From Patescibacteria group bacterium (lineage in GTDB: Bacteria > Patescibacteriota > Patescibacteriia > UBA9570 > JAHJKD01), in contig JBAZVM010000009.1 in assembly GCA_041660885.1 (NCBI GenBank), positions 1 through 37,048 on the forward strand: DNA of 37,048 nt. The letters run 5' to 3'. This document shows, in pieces, positions 23,806 to 33,105 of this stretch; position 1 is the stretch's first letter, and every line of letters begins with the position of its first letter. The notes below the pieces were generated by a model that ran no database searches, had not been told where the DNA came from, and was given only the letters and a program-made list of their open reading frames with translations. Both the position numbers and the translations under genes were made by a program.

Positions 23806-26800
23806 AAAACAAAAAAAATCTCGTCAAAAAAATGCTTTTCGGCTTAGGCTTGATCAGTAGTCTTTTTTTCGTTGTTAACAGCGTTTTTGCTCAAGTAAAA
23901 ACTGATTACGGTATTAACTTGGGTGATGCTTCCCCTGAAGAATTAGCCGTGAGCATTATTAATTGGGGATTAGGCATTCTGGCGCTTATCGCCGTCATCA
24001 TTATACTGTATGGCGGTTTTGTTTGGATGCTTTCCGGCGGTAATGAAGAAAAAGTGGAAAAAGCTAAAAAAATATTAAGAAACGGCATTATCGGCTTAGT
24101 AATTATTCTCGCGGCATGGGGCATTGCTACTTATATAATCAACAGGCTTTTAGACGCCACCAATGCCAATAACGGCACAAGCGGTGGCCCCAGCTACACT
24201 GATAATATACATGGTAAGGGCAATCCTTTTTACGTGGATCATTCTAATCCCGCGGACGAGGAGATTAATGTTACTTTATGTCATTTAATTGCCGTTACTT
24301 TTTCTTTGCCTGTTGATAAAACAACTATTAATGATGCGAATTTTAAAGTTACAGTGGCAAACGGCTCTAATCCGGATGGGGATTCTTGCGTTTCATCCTC
24401 CGATTGCGCGTCTGGCTTGTGCGAAATGGGCGATAGTATAGGTACATGTATAGGCGACCAAGTAAAAGGCACGTTCGCGTTTACCGAAGATCCGCCATAC
24501 GCGGCTGTTTGGTACCCAACTGCAGATTATATTGCTTCCACTACTTATCACGTGGAACTTTCTACGGAAATAGTAGGCCTTGATGAAATCACCACAGATA
24601 CTTATAAACTGGAAATGGGAGATACCAAGCGCGTGTTTGAATTCACCACGGGCACGGAATCCGACACCACGCCGCCGAAAATAGATGTGGTTTCCGTTAA
24701 ACCTTTCCCAGAGGATAACGCCACGGAAGTTTGCCGCAACACTCCCATACAAGTCAGCTTTTCCGAAAGTTTGGATCCCGCTTCCGTGAAAGATGAAAAT
24801 ATCTGGCTTTATAAATATACCGAAGGCGTTACTCCGAACGACCCGGGGAATGAATTATCCAGCGTGCGCTTTACCAGCATTGGCGGGCAAGCGGACGATA
24901 CTTTGATTACCAGCCCGCAAAGCGTGTTGGATTCGTACGCTGATTACGGTATAAGTTTATATAGCGGCGTTTACGACGCGGCCATAACTTCGGTGCGCGA
25001 AAATTATTTGGGTGCTGTTCGCGATACTTGCGGCAATCCTATTAGCGGAGATTACGACGACGATATGGAAGGCAGCCCCGCGGACGATTTCATGGAAGCG
25101 ACTAGCGCCGTGACCGCGCAAAATTCCGCTTATTCTTATCAGTGGACTTTCAAAACCGGCGAACAAACCGATTGTTCTCCGCAAATCGATTCGCTTACAT
25201 ACACTCAGCCCGATTACTATAGCGAAGACCTTTCTCCCTTTAATAACGAAAAACCCGATATAGATGGAGACGGCAAACCAGATGTAATGGCTGGCAGCGA
25301 AGATACCGACCAAGTTACTATTACGGGAAAATATCTCTATCCATTTTACGATGTAGGATTTGATTATAATATCTCTGGCGCTAATTTAAATTGTTTTGAC
25401 AGCGGTCACAATGTAAATTCGTCGTGCTTTATAACCAACAGCGGCAGCAGCGCCATTACTTTGCGCACTCCGGTCGCCGTGCGTAGCGGCGGAACTGTTT
25501 CCGTGGAAAATGAGTTTGGCACAGATAGTTCCGCTGATCAATTTTATGTTTCTTCGCCTTATATCAGCAGCTTGTCGCCGCAACAGGGGGCAGTAGGCCA
25601 ATTTGTAACCATAAAAGGCGCGCATTTCATTAATGATAAAAAAGGCAAAGTGTATTTTGACGGCCAGGAAGTGGAAACCCCTTGCGCCGATGGCTGGGAT
25701 GATGATCAAATCGTAGTGAAGATTCCGGATAGTTTTGGCGATTCGTTTTCCATAGGAGCTTTACTATCTGTTCAGGTGGTTACTGTGGGCCCAGATGGTG
25801 TTTGGAATAGTGGAGCGTATGGTACCGACGATAAATACAGCAATAAAAGAGGATTTACTTTAAAAGACGGCAGTCCCGGCCCGGGATTATGCTCCGTGGA
25901 TCCTTCTTGCTCCAATGACGGCACCGAAGACGTGGCCTTGAACGGTATTAATTTTGGCACGACCAGCGAATCCGTCTATTTTATTAACTCGTCCGATGTC
26001 GGGCAAACGGCTTCAATAAATTCATGGACGGATACGGACATTCTTACCGATCAATCTCCGGTTACCGCGCAAAATAATTACGATGCGTTTGTATCCATAA
26101 AAGATGCGGACGGAGAATCTATTTTTAGCAACGGTATGTCTTATGACATTCCTTGCGGTGAAGCACCTAGCGTGTTTACTTACGGCAGCTGCGATTTAAC
26201 CAGCGATGTTTATTATTTGCCGAATCCGCGGCCGAGTACGGAAGAAGCCTGCATTAACGGTGTAGTGTATTTTGCTTTTACCGCTGGCATGGATGACGCT
26301 TCCGTTAAAAATAATGTAAAAGTTTATAATTACGGCACCGGAGATTGGAACGCGAATTTGGCCACTGCTTCGGAAGTAGCTGGATCTATAGACAGCGAAG
26401 GAAAATTAAGTAAAATTTATTTAGGAGGCAGCGCTGATGAAGATTCTGATTATGAATTATTTTCTTTCACGCCACCGTCATCGCAACAGTTTGCTAGCGA
26501 CACTTGGTATAAGGTTACCATTCCCGTATCGGTTGTAAGTGATACCGGCATTGCCATAACCGAACCGTACGAATGGCATTTTAAAGTACGCAGTGGAACG
26601 GAAAATTGCAGCGTGGACGAAGTGGATGTACGCCCGTCTTTTACCAGGGCCACCACTTATGTTTCTACGGCCGCTTGTCCGGAAGAAAATTATACTTACG
26701 ATAGTAAGAATTATAACTACAAAGCCCAACCGTATAACGATGGTTGTTTCGCCTTAAGAAACGATTTTAGCTGGCATTGGGCTATAGATAATAATACCAA

Positions 26801-29800
26801 TACAAATATCATTAAATTTAAAGATAATAGCATTGATAAAATAACAGATAATGGATACAACAGTGTTTGCATGCAGGGCAACGGATCCACTAATTTCGGT
26901 ACCGCTTATGTCAATGCCAACCCGACAGCCGATGCGACGGTAGAGGACGAAGCGACTTTTGAAGTGGATTTCGGCTATTGCACTTCGGATGCCAATTGTG
27001 TAACCACCGAATGCCCGAATAGCACCTGCGATTTAACCACCTCTCATTGCACTCCGGAAGTAACATCTTTTTCTCCGTCTGAATCGGGAAAAGTCGGCCC
27101 GGGCGGTTGTGTTACGCTGTACGGATGCTATTTTGGTCCCACCAAAGGCACCTCGGGAAAAGTAGTATTTAACTCGGATAATGTTGATACTGAAGCGGAG
27201 TATTTAAACGAAGCTTTATGTAGTGATGCTACATGGTACGACGACCAAATAATCGCGGAATTACCCACTTCTTTAGCTCAAAATGAATATACCATTCTTT
27301 TAACTTCTTATAATAATTTACTAGCTCCCGCTGTTTCGGAATTTCTTACAAAAGCAGACAAGACACCTTGTTTGTGCCGCGCTGATCCCGACAACGGATC
27401 AGAAGGAACGGGCGTTACTTTGTATGGTAAATTTTTTGATCAATTAGTCGGAGCGCAGTATAGTGTTTTTTATAATAATGTTTATACCGCGGAAATTTCA
27501 CCAACTGCCTTAGATAACGCAACTTACGGTGATGACGCGTATAGCGTAAGCACATCCGTACCTACCGGTGCTATAAGTTCTGATACTGATGGGGTAAGAC
27601 TAGAAGATGAAAGCAATGGCGTGAGCAACTCTTTGGGCTTTGAAGTAACTTGCGATATCAATAGCGATTGCGCCACGAGTTGCTGCCATGATGGCCTTTG
27701 CCAAGCGGAATCGGTTTGCAATGCTTGCGTTGATAATAAAGATTGTTCTTATGGCAGCTGCCAAAGCGCTTGCACCAATGGCATGTGCGTACCCTATATT
27801 TCTTCCATATCCCCGGGATACGGCAATGTGGGCCAGCCCGTTACCATACACGGATGCCATTTTGGTTCGTATTATGATAAGAGCAATACCCTTTATTCCA
27901 AAGTGCTTTTTGACGAGACCATTGAAGCTCCGCTGGCTTGCGAAGGCTCTGATTCTTGGAACAACGAAGAAATTAAAGTTTACGCTCCGGAAGGAATATT
28001 CGCCACCGAAACTGAAGATACAGCCACCGTCAGCGTGCAACAAGTCTATCGCCCGTCTACTACAGCGGCGTTAGCATCGCAACAAAGTTTATCAGGGCAG
28101 TCTTATTGTCTGGATAGTACTTGTACAGATGCCGGTAAAGATACTTGCGAAGCAGATGAGCTAGACGGCGGATGCGCCAGCGCTTGGCAATCCACCACCT
28201 TTGGCAAAAGCGATGCCTGCGTCGGAGTGGATATTCCGGTTATTTGCGATTTAAACGCGGCCAACGGAAAAGTGGGAGACACGGTAAATATCGAAGGATA
28301 TAATTATTACGCTTCTGATTCTGTTTCTTTTTGCCAATGCGAAGGAGAAAAAGACGAAACTTGCCGCATAGATGTTGGTTCTCCTTCATGCGATATTAAT
28401 TATACTTACACATGCTACGCGGATCCCGATGATACTAATACTGCTTGCAGTACGACTCTTTCCACGAACAATGGAAGCAATTATTGGGTAGAGAAAGACG
28501 ATGAGGGTACGGTAATTAATAAATGTCTATGCGTAAATCCTGATGATGCTAATGAAACTTGCTATATAAATGATGGCGCTAAATCTTGTACTTATCCTTA
28601 CAATGATAAGTGTTTTGTAGATTCGGGAAATGAGACGATTGAATGTGACGCAGACTCGTCTACTTATAAAACGCTGAATGGCAATGTGGAATACTCCATA
28701 AATCAGCAAGCTGATTGGTTGTATCATCCAGATACCGGATACATTCATAGTCCTTACTTGGATTATTTGAAAACAACAGTGCCCGATGGCACGGAAACCG
28801 GCAATGTCTATGTGCAAGCCGTGAAAGCGGACCTTACGGTTTGCGAAAGCAACGGCGCGAACTACGATATTACTTGTGCTGAGTGCAGCGAATGTTCCAC
28901 TAACAAGATGTGTGATCTTTCTTATAGCGATGACGGTGATTACGGAGTATGTACTTCTAATATTGTTGGTTTTTGCGCGGACTATCCGGATTCTTGCTGC
29001 GGAAATACAGGATGTAAAGAAAGCTATGAAGAATGCTCATTAGACGAAACCTGTGATGTTGATGCCGGTTGTGCTTGTACAGCAACCAGCGGCGCGACAT
29101 GCACCGTAGCCAAAGACGAAATTAGTTGCAGCACAACCGAATCTGATGGTGGCTCTTGTCTTGAAAGACCGCTTTATGACGCGGCAACATCGGCGCCGGA
29201 TAACGGAACCGACGATGTTTGCCCCAACGCGGAGATCACGCTGGGTTTTGATATGCCCATGACTATTAGTGATGATACAAAAGCATATTCCGATTATATA
29301 AAATTAGTAACGAAAGAAGATTATAATGCCGCCTCTGGAAATTTTAGCGCTCTCGCCGAAGAAAAATGTACTTTATCGCTAGCGTGCGCTGATGAAGCCG
29401 GCTGTGAGTGTACCGCGGCAAGCACAAAGAAATGCACCGTGAATAAAGACGAAACTACTTGCCAAGCCACCAATATTAATAAATTAGACTCGGTTGAAGA
29501 CTCTGACTTCGGAACGCTTTTGTTAAAGCAATCAAGTCTTTTGGAAACTGCTGAACATGATTATTATATTGTTGTATACAGTAATAAAGTTAGTAATACG
29601 GGCATTGTCGACGAAGAAAACGGCATGGCTTTGGGTTGTTCCAGCGAGCAGGAAAGCGCCGGGCTTTGCACTTCAACAAGCGATACTTTGGTTATTACAT
29701 TTACGACTCAGCCCGGCACTGATGCTTGCGGACCGTCTTATGTAACCTTATCCGCCTCGGAAGAATTTACCGAGAGAAATTACTACTTTATCGCGGCGGA

Positions 29801-31277
29801 AGAAAAACAAGCATTTAGAGCTACGGTTTATAACGACAACGGTACGTCTTCGGATACAACAGACGACCAGGCCATTATTGGCATAGCGGATGTTTTGGAC
29901 TGGGAATATACTTGGACACCGAAGTTTGATAGCTTGGAAGATTTAGACACAGCTGACTGCCCGGTGGTTGGCATTATTACGGATGGCTCCCCTGATTTTG
30001 TGGAAGATAAAAATTCCCAAAATTTAACCGCGGGAAACCAAGAAGGAGACGGAGCAATTGGCGTGACCATAACCGGAGATGGATCTACCGCGCATGGCTG
30101 GAGCGGATCAGCGACAGCCGCGCAACCCGTTCATGTTTTATACTGCGAAAGTGATGATTATCTTTACAGCTACGCCGATAGCGCGGGCCAGAATTTTTCT
30201 TTCGCCTATTGCCGCGGAAGCAGCGACGATGAAACTTTATTGCCCAAGTTTAACGCCCCGACAATAAAAAGCGGAACAGAAACCGGTGAAAATTATTACA
30301 GCATGTACTTATTTACCAATAATGACAACGAAGATCTATTCGGTATTAAAGTCTATTCCGATGATCTGGACGGAGATGCCACAAAAGTATTCGACGCGGT
30401 AAAGCCAAGCTTATGGACTTCGGTGAATTTAGACGATCCAAGCTCGTATTCTGATACCGCGCTTGATGGCTACGCGGCCGTAGAAAACACGCAAAGCACA
30501 ATAGCCGTGGCGCCTAATTTATCCGGCAGCGTGTTGTACATGAATGCTTATATGTTATCCGTAAATAAAGGCGCGGGCAGTGAAATGCAAGATGTATTCA
30601 GCAAAATAAAAGAATATTGGTATTTTAATACCAATAGCGAATTCGCTACGACAACGGGTAAATGCAATCTGGAAAAAGATAAATTAATACGCGATACCCA
30701 GCGCATCACGGATCTTGGCACTATGAATTATTTATTGGCCGGAAGCAGCTACCCCGCGTTAAGCGAAGGCACTTATATTCAATACTTCACGAATTCCAAA
30801 TGGCCATCGTGGGATTCGGCGTTGGGGAATGCCTTGGGCCAAAGCTTGCCCACAGACCCGGTAAACGAATTTGCCGACGCCGCCAAGAACTGCCCGAATG
30901 ATGGCACAAGCACTTTCTATGATGAAACCGGCACTTGCTGGGACGCGGTTAATAAAGATTATAAATGTCCGACAGACTCACATGTTTATCAATATATTTA
31001 CGACAACGCTTCCAGCCAATATTCTTTATACGCCAATCTAGAATTTAGCGATGATGGAGCCGGTTGGTATTGGAACAATTATAAAGATACTGATGATCCT
31101 TGCTCGGGCAACTCCTTTTCTAGCGGCTGTGCCTGCTTTAATTATAAATTAAGCACTCCGAGTACGGATTTTTATCACGGTACTTGCGATACCGCAAACA
31201 GCACTTGTAATACGGATAGCGGCTTTAAAATAGGCGCTTATTGCAGCAGCGACAGCGACTGCACAATAGCGCCATAA
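23802..31277 (+). CDS. giant (2,491 aa) cysteine-rich surface protein with an N-terminal CPR-pilin (VirB2/TrbC-like) double-TM module, Big_5-like and IPT/TIG-like Ig domains, and a pilin-like C-terminal domain
   Basis: Its ATG overlaps the yqeY stop (ATGA). The signal peptide ends ...SVFA-QV. The pilin-like module reads SIINWGLGILALIAVIIILYGGFVWMLSGGNEEKVEKAKKILRNGIIGLVIILAAWGIATYII. A Big_5-like motif is DTTPPKIDVVSVKPFPEDNATEV...FSESLDPASV. At least 6 IPT/TIG-like starts are visible, for example PYISSLSPQQGAVGQFVTIKGAHF and PYISSISPGYGNVGQPVTIHGCHF. Many Cys knots are present. Confidence 0.9.
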   Translation: MKNKKNLVKKMLFGLGLISSLFFVVNSVFAQVKTDYGINLGDASPEELAVSIINWGLGILALIAVIIILYGGFVWMLSGGNEEKVEKAKKILRNGIIGLVIILAAWGIATYIINRLLDATNANNGTSGGPSYTDNIHGKGNPFYVDHSNPADEEINVTLCHLIAVTFSLPVDKTTINDANFKVTVANGSNPDGDSCVSSSDCASGLCEMGDSIGTCIGDQVKGTFAFTEDPPYAAVWYPTADYIASTTYHVELSTEIVGLDEITTDTYKLEMGDTKRVFEFTTGTESDTTPPKIDVVSVKPFPEDNATEVCRNTPIQVSFSESLDPASVKDENIWLYKYTEGVTPNDPGNELSSVRFTSIGGQADDTLITSPQSVLDSYADYGISLYSGVYDAAITSVRENYLGAVRDTCGNPISGDYDDDMEGSPADDFMEATSAVTAQNSAYSYQWTFKTGEQTDCSPQIDSLTYTQPDYYSEDLSPFNNEKPDIDGDGKPDVMAGSEDTDQVTITGKYLYPFYDVGFDYNISGANLNCFDSGHNVNSSCFITNSGSSAITLRTPVAVRSGGTVSVENEFGTDSSADQFYVSSPYISSLSPQQGAVGQFVTIKGAHFINDKKGKVYFDGQEVETPCADGWDDDQIVVKIPDSFGDSFSIGALLSVQVVTVGPDGVWNSGAYGTDDKYSNKRGFTLKDGSPGPGLCSVDPSCSNDGTEDVALNGINFGTTSESVYFINSSDVGQTASINSWTDTDILTDQSPVTAQNNYDAFVSIKDADGESIFSNGMSYDIPCGEAPSVFTYGSCDLTSDVYYLPNPRPSTEEACINGVVYFAFTAGMDDASVKNNVKVYNYGTGDWNANLATASEVAGSIDSEGKLSKIYLGGSADEDSDYELFSFTPPSSQQFASDTWYKVTIPVSVVSDTGIAITEPYEWHFKVRSGTENCSVDEVDVRPSFTRATTYVSTAACPEENYTYDSKNYNYKAQPYNDGCFALRNDFSWHWAIDNNTNTNIIKFKDNSIDKITDNGYNSVCMQGNGSTNFGTAYVNANPTADATVEDEATFEVDFGYCTSDANCVTTECPNSTCDLTTSHCTPEVTSFSPSESGKVGPGGCVTLYGCYFGPTKGTSGKVVFNSDNVDTEAEYLNEALCSDATWYDDQIIAELPTSLAQNEYTILLTSYNNLLAPAVSEFLTKADKTPCLCRADPDNGSEGTGVTLYGKFFDQLVGAQYSVFYNNVYTAEISPTALDNATYGDDAYSVSTSVPTGAISSDTDGVRLEDESNGVSNSLGFEVTCDINSDCATSCCHDGLCQAESVCNACVDNKDCSYGSCQSACTNGMCVPYISSISPGYGNVGQPVTIHGCHFGSYYDKSNTLYSKVLFDETIEAPLACEGSDSWNNEEIKVYAPEGIFATETEDTATVSVQQVYRPSTTAALASQQSLSGQSYCLDSTCTDAGKDTCEADELDGGCASAWQSTTFGKSDACVGVDIPVICDLNAANGKVGDTVNIEGYNYYASDSVSFCQCEGEKDETCRIDVGSPSCDINYTYTCYADPDDTNTACSTTLSTNNGSNYWVEKDDEGTVINKCLCVNPDDANETCYINDGAKSCTYPYNDKCFVDSGNETIECDADSSTYKTLNGNVEYSINQQADWLYHPDTGYIHSPYLDYLKTTVPDGTETGNVYVQAVKADLTVCESNGANYDITCAECSECSTNKMCDLSYSDDGDYGVCTSNIVGFCADYPDSCCGNTGCKESYEECSLDETCDVDAGCACTATSGATCTVAKDEISCSTTESDGGSCLERPLYDAATSAPDNGTDDVCPNAEITLGFDMPMTISDDTKAYSDYIKLVTKEDYNAASGNFSALAEEKCTLSLACADEAGCECTAASTKKCTVNKDETTCQATNINKLDSVEDSDFGTLLLKQSSLLETAEHDYYIVVYSNKVSNTGIVDEENGMALGCSSEQESAGLCTSTSDTLVITFTTQPGTDACGPSYVTLSASEEFTERNYYFIAAEEKQAFRATVYNDNGTSSDTTDDQAIIGIADVLDWEYTWTPKFDSLEDLDTADCPVVGIITDGSPDFVEDKNSQNLTAGNQEGDGAIGVTITGDGSTAHGWSGSATAAQPVHVLYCESDDYLYSYADSAGQNFSFAYCRGSSDDETLLPKFNAPTIKSGTETGENYYSMYLFTNNDNEDLFGIKVYSDDLDGDATKVFDAVKPSLWTSVNLDDPSSYSDTALDGYAAVENTQSTIAVAPNLSGSVLYMNAYMLSVNKGAGSEMQDVFSKIKEYWYFNTNSEFATTTGKCNLEKDKLIRDTQRITDLGTMNYLLAGSSYPALSEGTYIQYFTNSKWPSWDSALGNALGQSLPTDPVNEFADAAKNCPNDGTSTFYDETGTCWDAVNKDYKCPTDSHVYQYIYDNASSQYSLYANLEFSDDGAGWYWNNYKDTDDPCSGNSFSSGCACFNYKLSTPSTDFYHGTCDTANSTCNTDSGFKIGAYCSSDSDCTIAP

Positions 31278-31285
31278 ATTATGCT

Positions 31286-31957
31286 ATGGCAGACCCGCAA
31301 ATATCTAACCCACAAACCAAAAATGAGCCGTTAGAAGATATATTTTCTGACGTTGCTTCTAATCCGCGCGCATCAAGCCCTTTGCCATCCCAGCCCGCGT
31401 ATATTCAACCGGCGCCTGTGGTACCGGCTCCGATTATAGCCTCTGCCCCGAGAAAAAAAAGATTTTCTATCGTTAATATATTATTAATAGTATTGGGCAC
31501 TATGGCCATTGGCTTGCTGGCCGTGGCCGGATATTATTATTGGCAAAATCGCTCAAAAACAGTATCTCCCACCAATACAAATACGGCAGTGCTGGAAGAC
31601 CAGGGTGATATTGTGCCAACGAACACTAATATTGCTCCTATAAATATCAATGCCAATAAAAATACGAACGCGGAAGAGGAGCCGATAAAAAAATACGTAG
31701 ATTCGGATTTCGACGGTTTGTCCGATGATGCGGAAGCCACATACGAAACGGACCCGAATAAAAAGGACACTGATGATGACGGCTTATCCGATAGAGAGGA
31801 AGTTAAAGTATATTTAACCGATCCCAACCGGCCCGATACGGATAACGACGGATTTAAAGATGGCGCCGAAGTGGATGGAGGATATAATCCGAAAGGATCG
31901 GGATATCTGATAGATTGGCAGGATGAAATAAATAAAAAATTAAATATAAACCAATAA
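31286..31957 (+). CDS. single-pass membrane protein with Asn/Thr-rich linker and thrombospondin type-3 (Ca-binding) repeats
   Basis: ATG 31286 (MADPQISNPQ...) is preferred over the track TTG 31241, which lies inside the giant gene. It has a Pro-rich N-terminus and the TM segment FSIVNILLIVLGTMAIGLLAVAGYYYW. The TSP3-like repeats are DSDFDGLSDDAE..DPNKKDTDDDGLSDREE..DPNRPDTDNDGFKDGAEV (nt 31700-31891). Confidence 0.75.
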   Translation: MADPQISNPQTKNEPLEDIFSDVASNPRASSPLPSQPAYIQPAPVVPAPIIASAPRKKRFSIVNILLIVLGTMAIGLLAVAGYYYWQNRSKTVSPTNTNTAVLEDQGDIVPTNTNIAPININANKNTNAEEEPIKKYVDSDFDGLSDDAEATYETDPNKKDTDDDGLSDREEVKVYLTDPNRPDTDNDGFKDGAEVDGGYNPKGSGYLIDWQDEINKKLNINQ

Positions 31958-31962
31958 GATTT

Positions 31963-33105
31963 ATGGTAGATTTTTCCACTAATTTCAACGCACCTAATAT
32001 TCCTTCCGAAGTGCACACCATGCCGGATAAATTCGCTTCTGCCGGAGGGAACGCACCGCCGCCAACAGGATTGCAAACTCCGCCGAAGAAAGGCAGTAAA
32101 GCCAGCTGGATTATAATTGCCGTTATTATTGTAGCCGTTATCGCTATTGTGGGTGGCGGCATTTATTTAATCACAAGCAACTTGCCGTCCAAACAAACTC
32201 AAGAGGCGATAAATGAAGGAAAAACAAACGCTACTAATTCAATCGTTGCCAATGCCAACGGAAATTTGAATGCGAATAAAAATGGGAATTTGAACGGAAA
32301 CAGCAATGCTAATAAAAATAGCAATAAAAACGGCAATAGCAATGATAATGAAAATTCCAACAGCAATGCCAATCGCAATGAAAATACCAATACCAGTTCA
32401 ACGAATACTTCGATAAAAATAGCCCCAGATTCGGATAATGATGGCTTAACTGCGGCTGAGGAAAAATTATACGGCACAAAAGTAGATAAACCCGATACGG
32501 ATGAAGACGGGTTTAAAGACGGCGTGGAAGTAATCAACGGGTACGACCCGACCGCAGATGGGAATATACAGGATGGTTCTTATGGGGGATTATATACGAA
32601 CGAAGATTTTAATTATCGCATCTTGTATCCCAAGGGTTGGAACGTGGAACCGATCGCGGAAGATAATAAAAATGTAATATTCACTCCGCAAGAAGAGGAG
32701 AACGCGGGAGAGTTCATTGAAATGATCACGGAAACAAATCCATACGGTTTTAGCGCCATGGATTGGTATCTAGACCAAAATAAAGATGCTTCGGAAAATT
32801 TAATAGATGAAATCACGGTTAACGGAGAAGACGGCGTGATGAGCGTAGACGGCTATACCGTATATTTTACGGATGAAAACTATGTATATGCCATTCATTA
32901 TAATTTTGGCAGCAAGAAAGAAGTTAATTTCTCTTCTACTTTTCGCATGATGTATCAAAGTATAAAACTGCACGTGAAAAAAACAACATCAGACCAAACT
33001 AATTCCAACAGCAATACCAGTATTATTAGTAATACTAATACAAATAAAAACAGCAACAGCAATTTGAACAGCAACAAAAACAGCAACAGCAACACGAATG
33101 ATTAA
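31963..33105 (+). CDS. single-pass membrane protein with long Asn-rich linker, TSP3 repeats, globular C-terminal domain and Asn-rich tail
   Basis: The TM segment is WIIIAVIIVAVIAIVGGGIYLI. The linker is ANANGNLNANKNGNLNGNSNANKNSNKNGNSNDNENSNSNANRNENTNT. The TSP3 repeats are DSDNDGLTAAEE..DKPDTDEDGFKDGVEV (nt 32428-32550). The globular part begins LYTNEDFNYRILYPKGWNVEP.... Confidence 0.8.
   Translation: MVDFSTNFNAPNIPSEVHTMPDKFASAGGNAPPPTGLQTPPKKGSKASWIIIAVIIVAVIAIVGGGIYLITSNLPSKQTQEAINEGKTNATNSIVANANGNLNANKNGNLNGNSNANKNSNKNGNSNDNENSNSNANRNENTNTSSTNTSIKIAPDSDNDGLTAAEEKLYGTKVDKPDTDEDGFKDGVEVINGYDPTADGNIQDGSYGGLYTNEDFNYRILYPKGWNVEPIAEDNKNVIFTPQEEENAGEFIEMITETNPYGFSAMDWYLDQNKDASENLIDEITVNGEDGVMSVDGYTVYFTDENYVYAIHYNFGSKKEVNFSSTFRMMYQSIKLHVKKTTSDQTNSNSNTSIISNTNTNKNSNSNLNSNKNSNSNTND
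32248..32412 (+). repeat. Asn-rich low-complexity coding tract
   Basis: Imperfect (N-x)n codon repeats covering aa 96-150 of the 380-aa protein. Confidence 0.75.
32998..33102 (+). repeat. Asn/Ser-rich C-terminal low-complexity tract
   Basis: TNSNSNTSIISNTNTNKNSNSNLNSNKNSNSNTND at the protein C-terminus. Its last codons overlap the ybeY start. Confidence 0.7.

Noticed and set aside
24281-30267. Numerous 60-150-aa ORFs on both strands inside the giant gene, and similar ones inside dnaB, the ATPase gene, mfd, der and the LCP gene
   Set aside because: All are fully nested in much longer ORFs that carry recognisable domains, and none has an independent start signal. They are treated as frame shadows.
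31241-31285. TTG start at 31241 for the first TSP3 protein, overlapping the giant gene by 37 nt
   Set aside because: An in-frame ATG at 31286 lies 8 nt after the giant gene's stop and gives a sensible N-terminus (MADPQ...). The extended part is just the alternate frame of the giant's C-terminus.
32248-33102. Periodic AAT/AAC-rich repeats as a possible CRISPR array or satellite
   Set aside because: They are in-frame coding low-complexity (Asn-x) tracts inside long ORFs, with no constant repeat unit or spacer structure.
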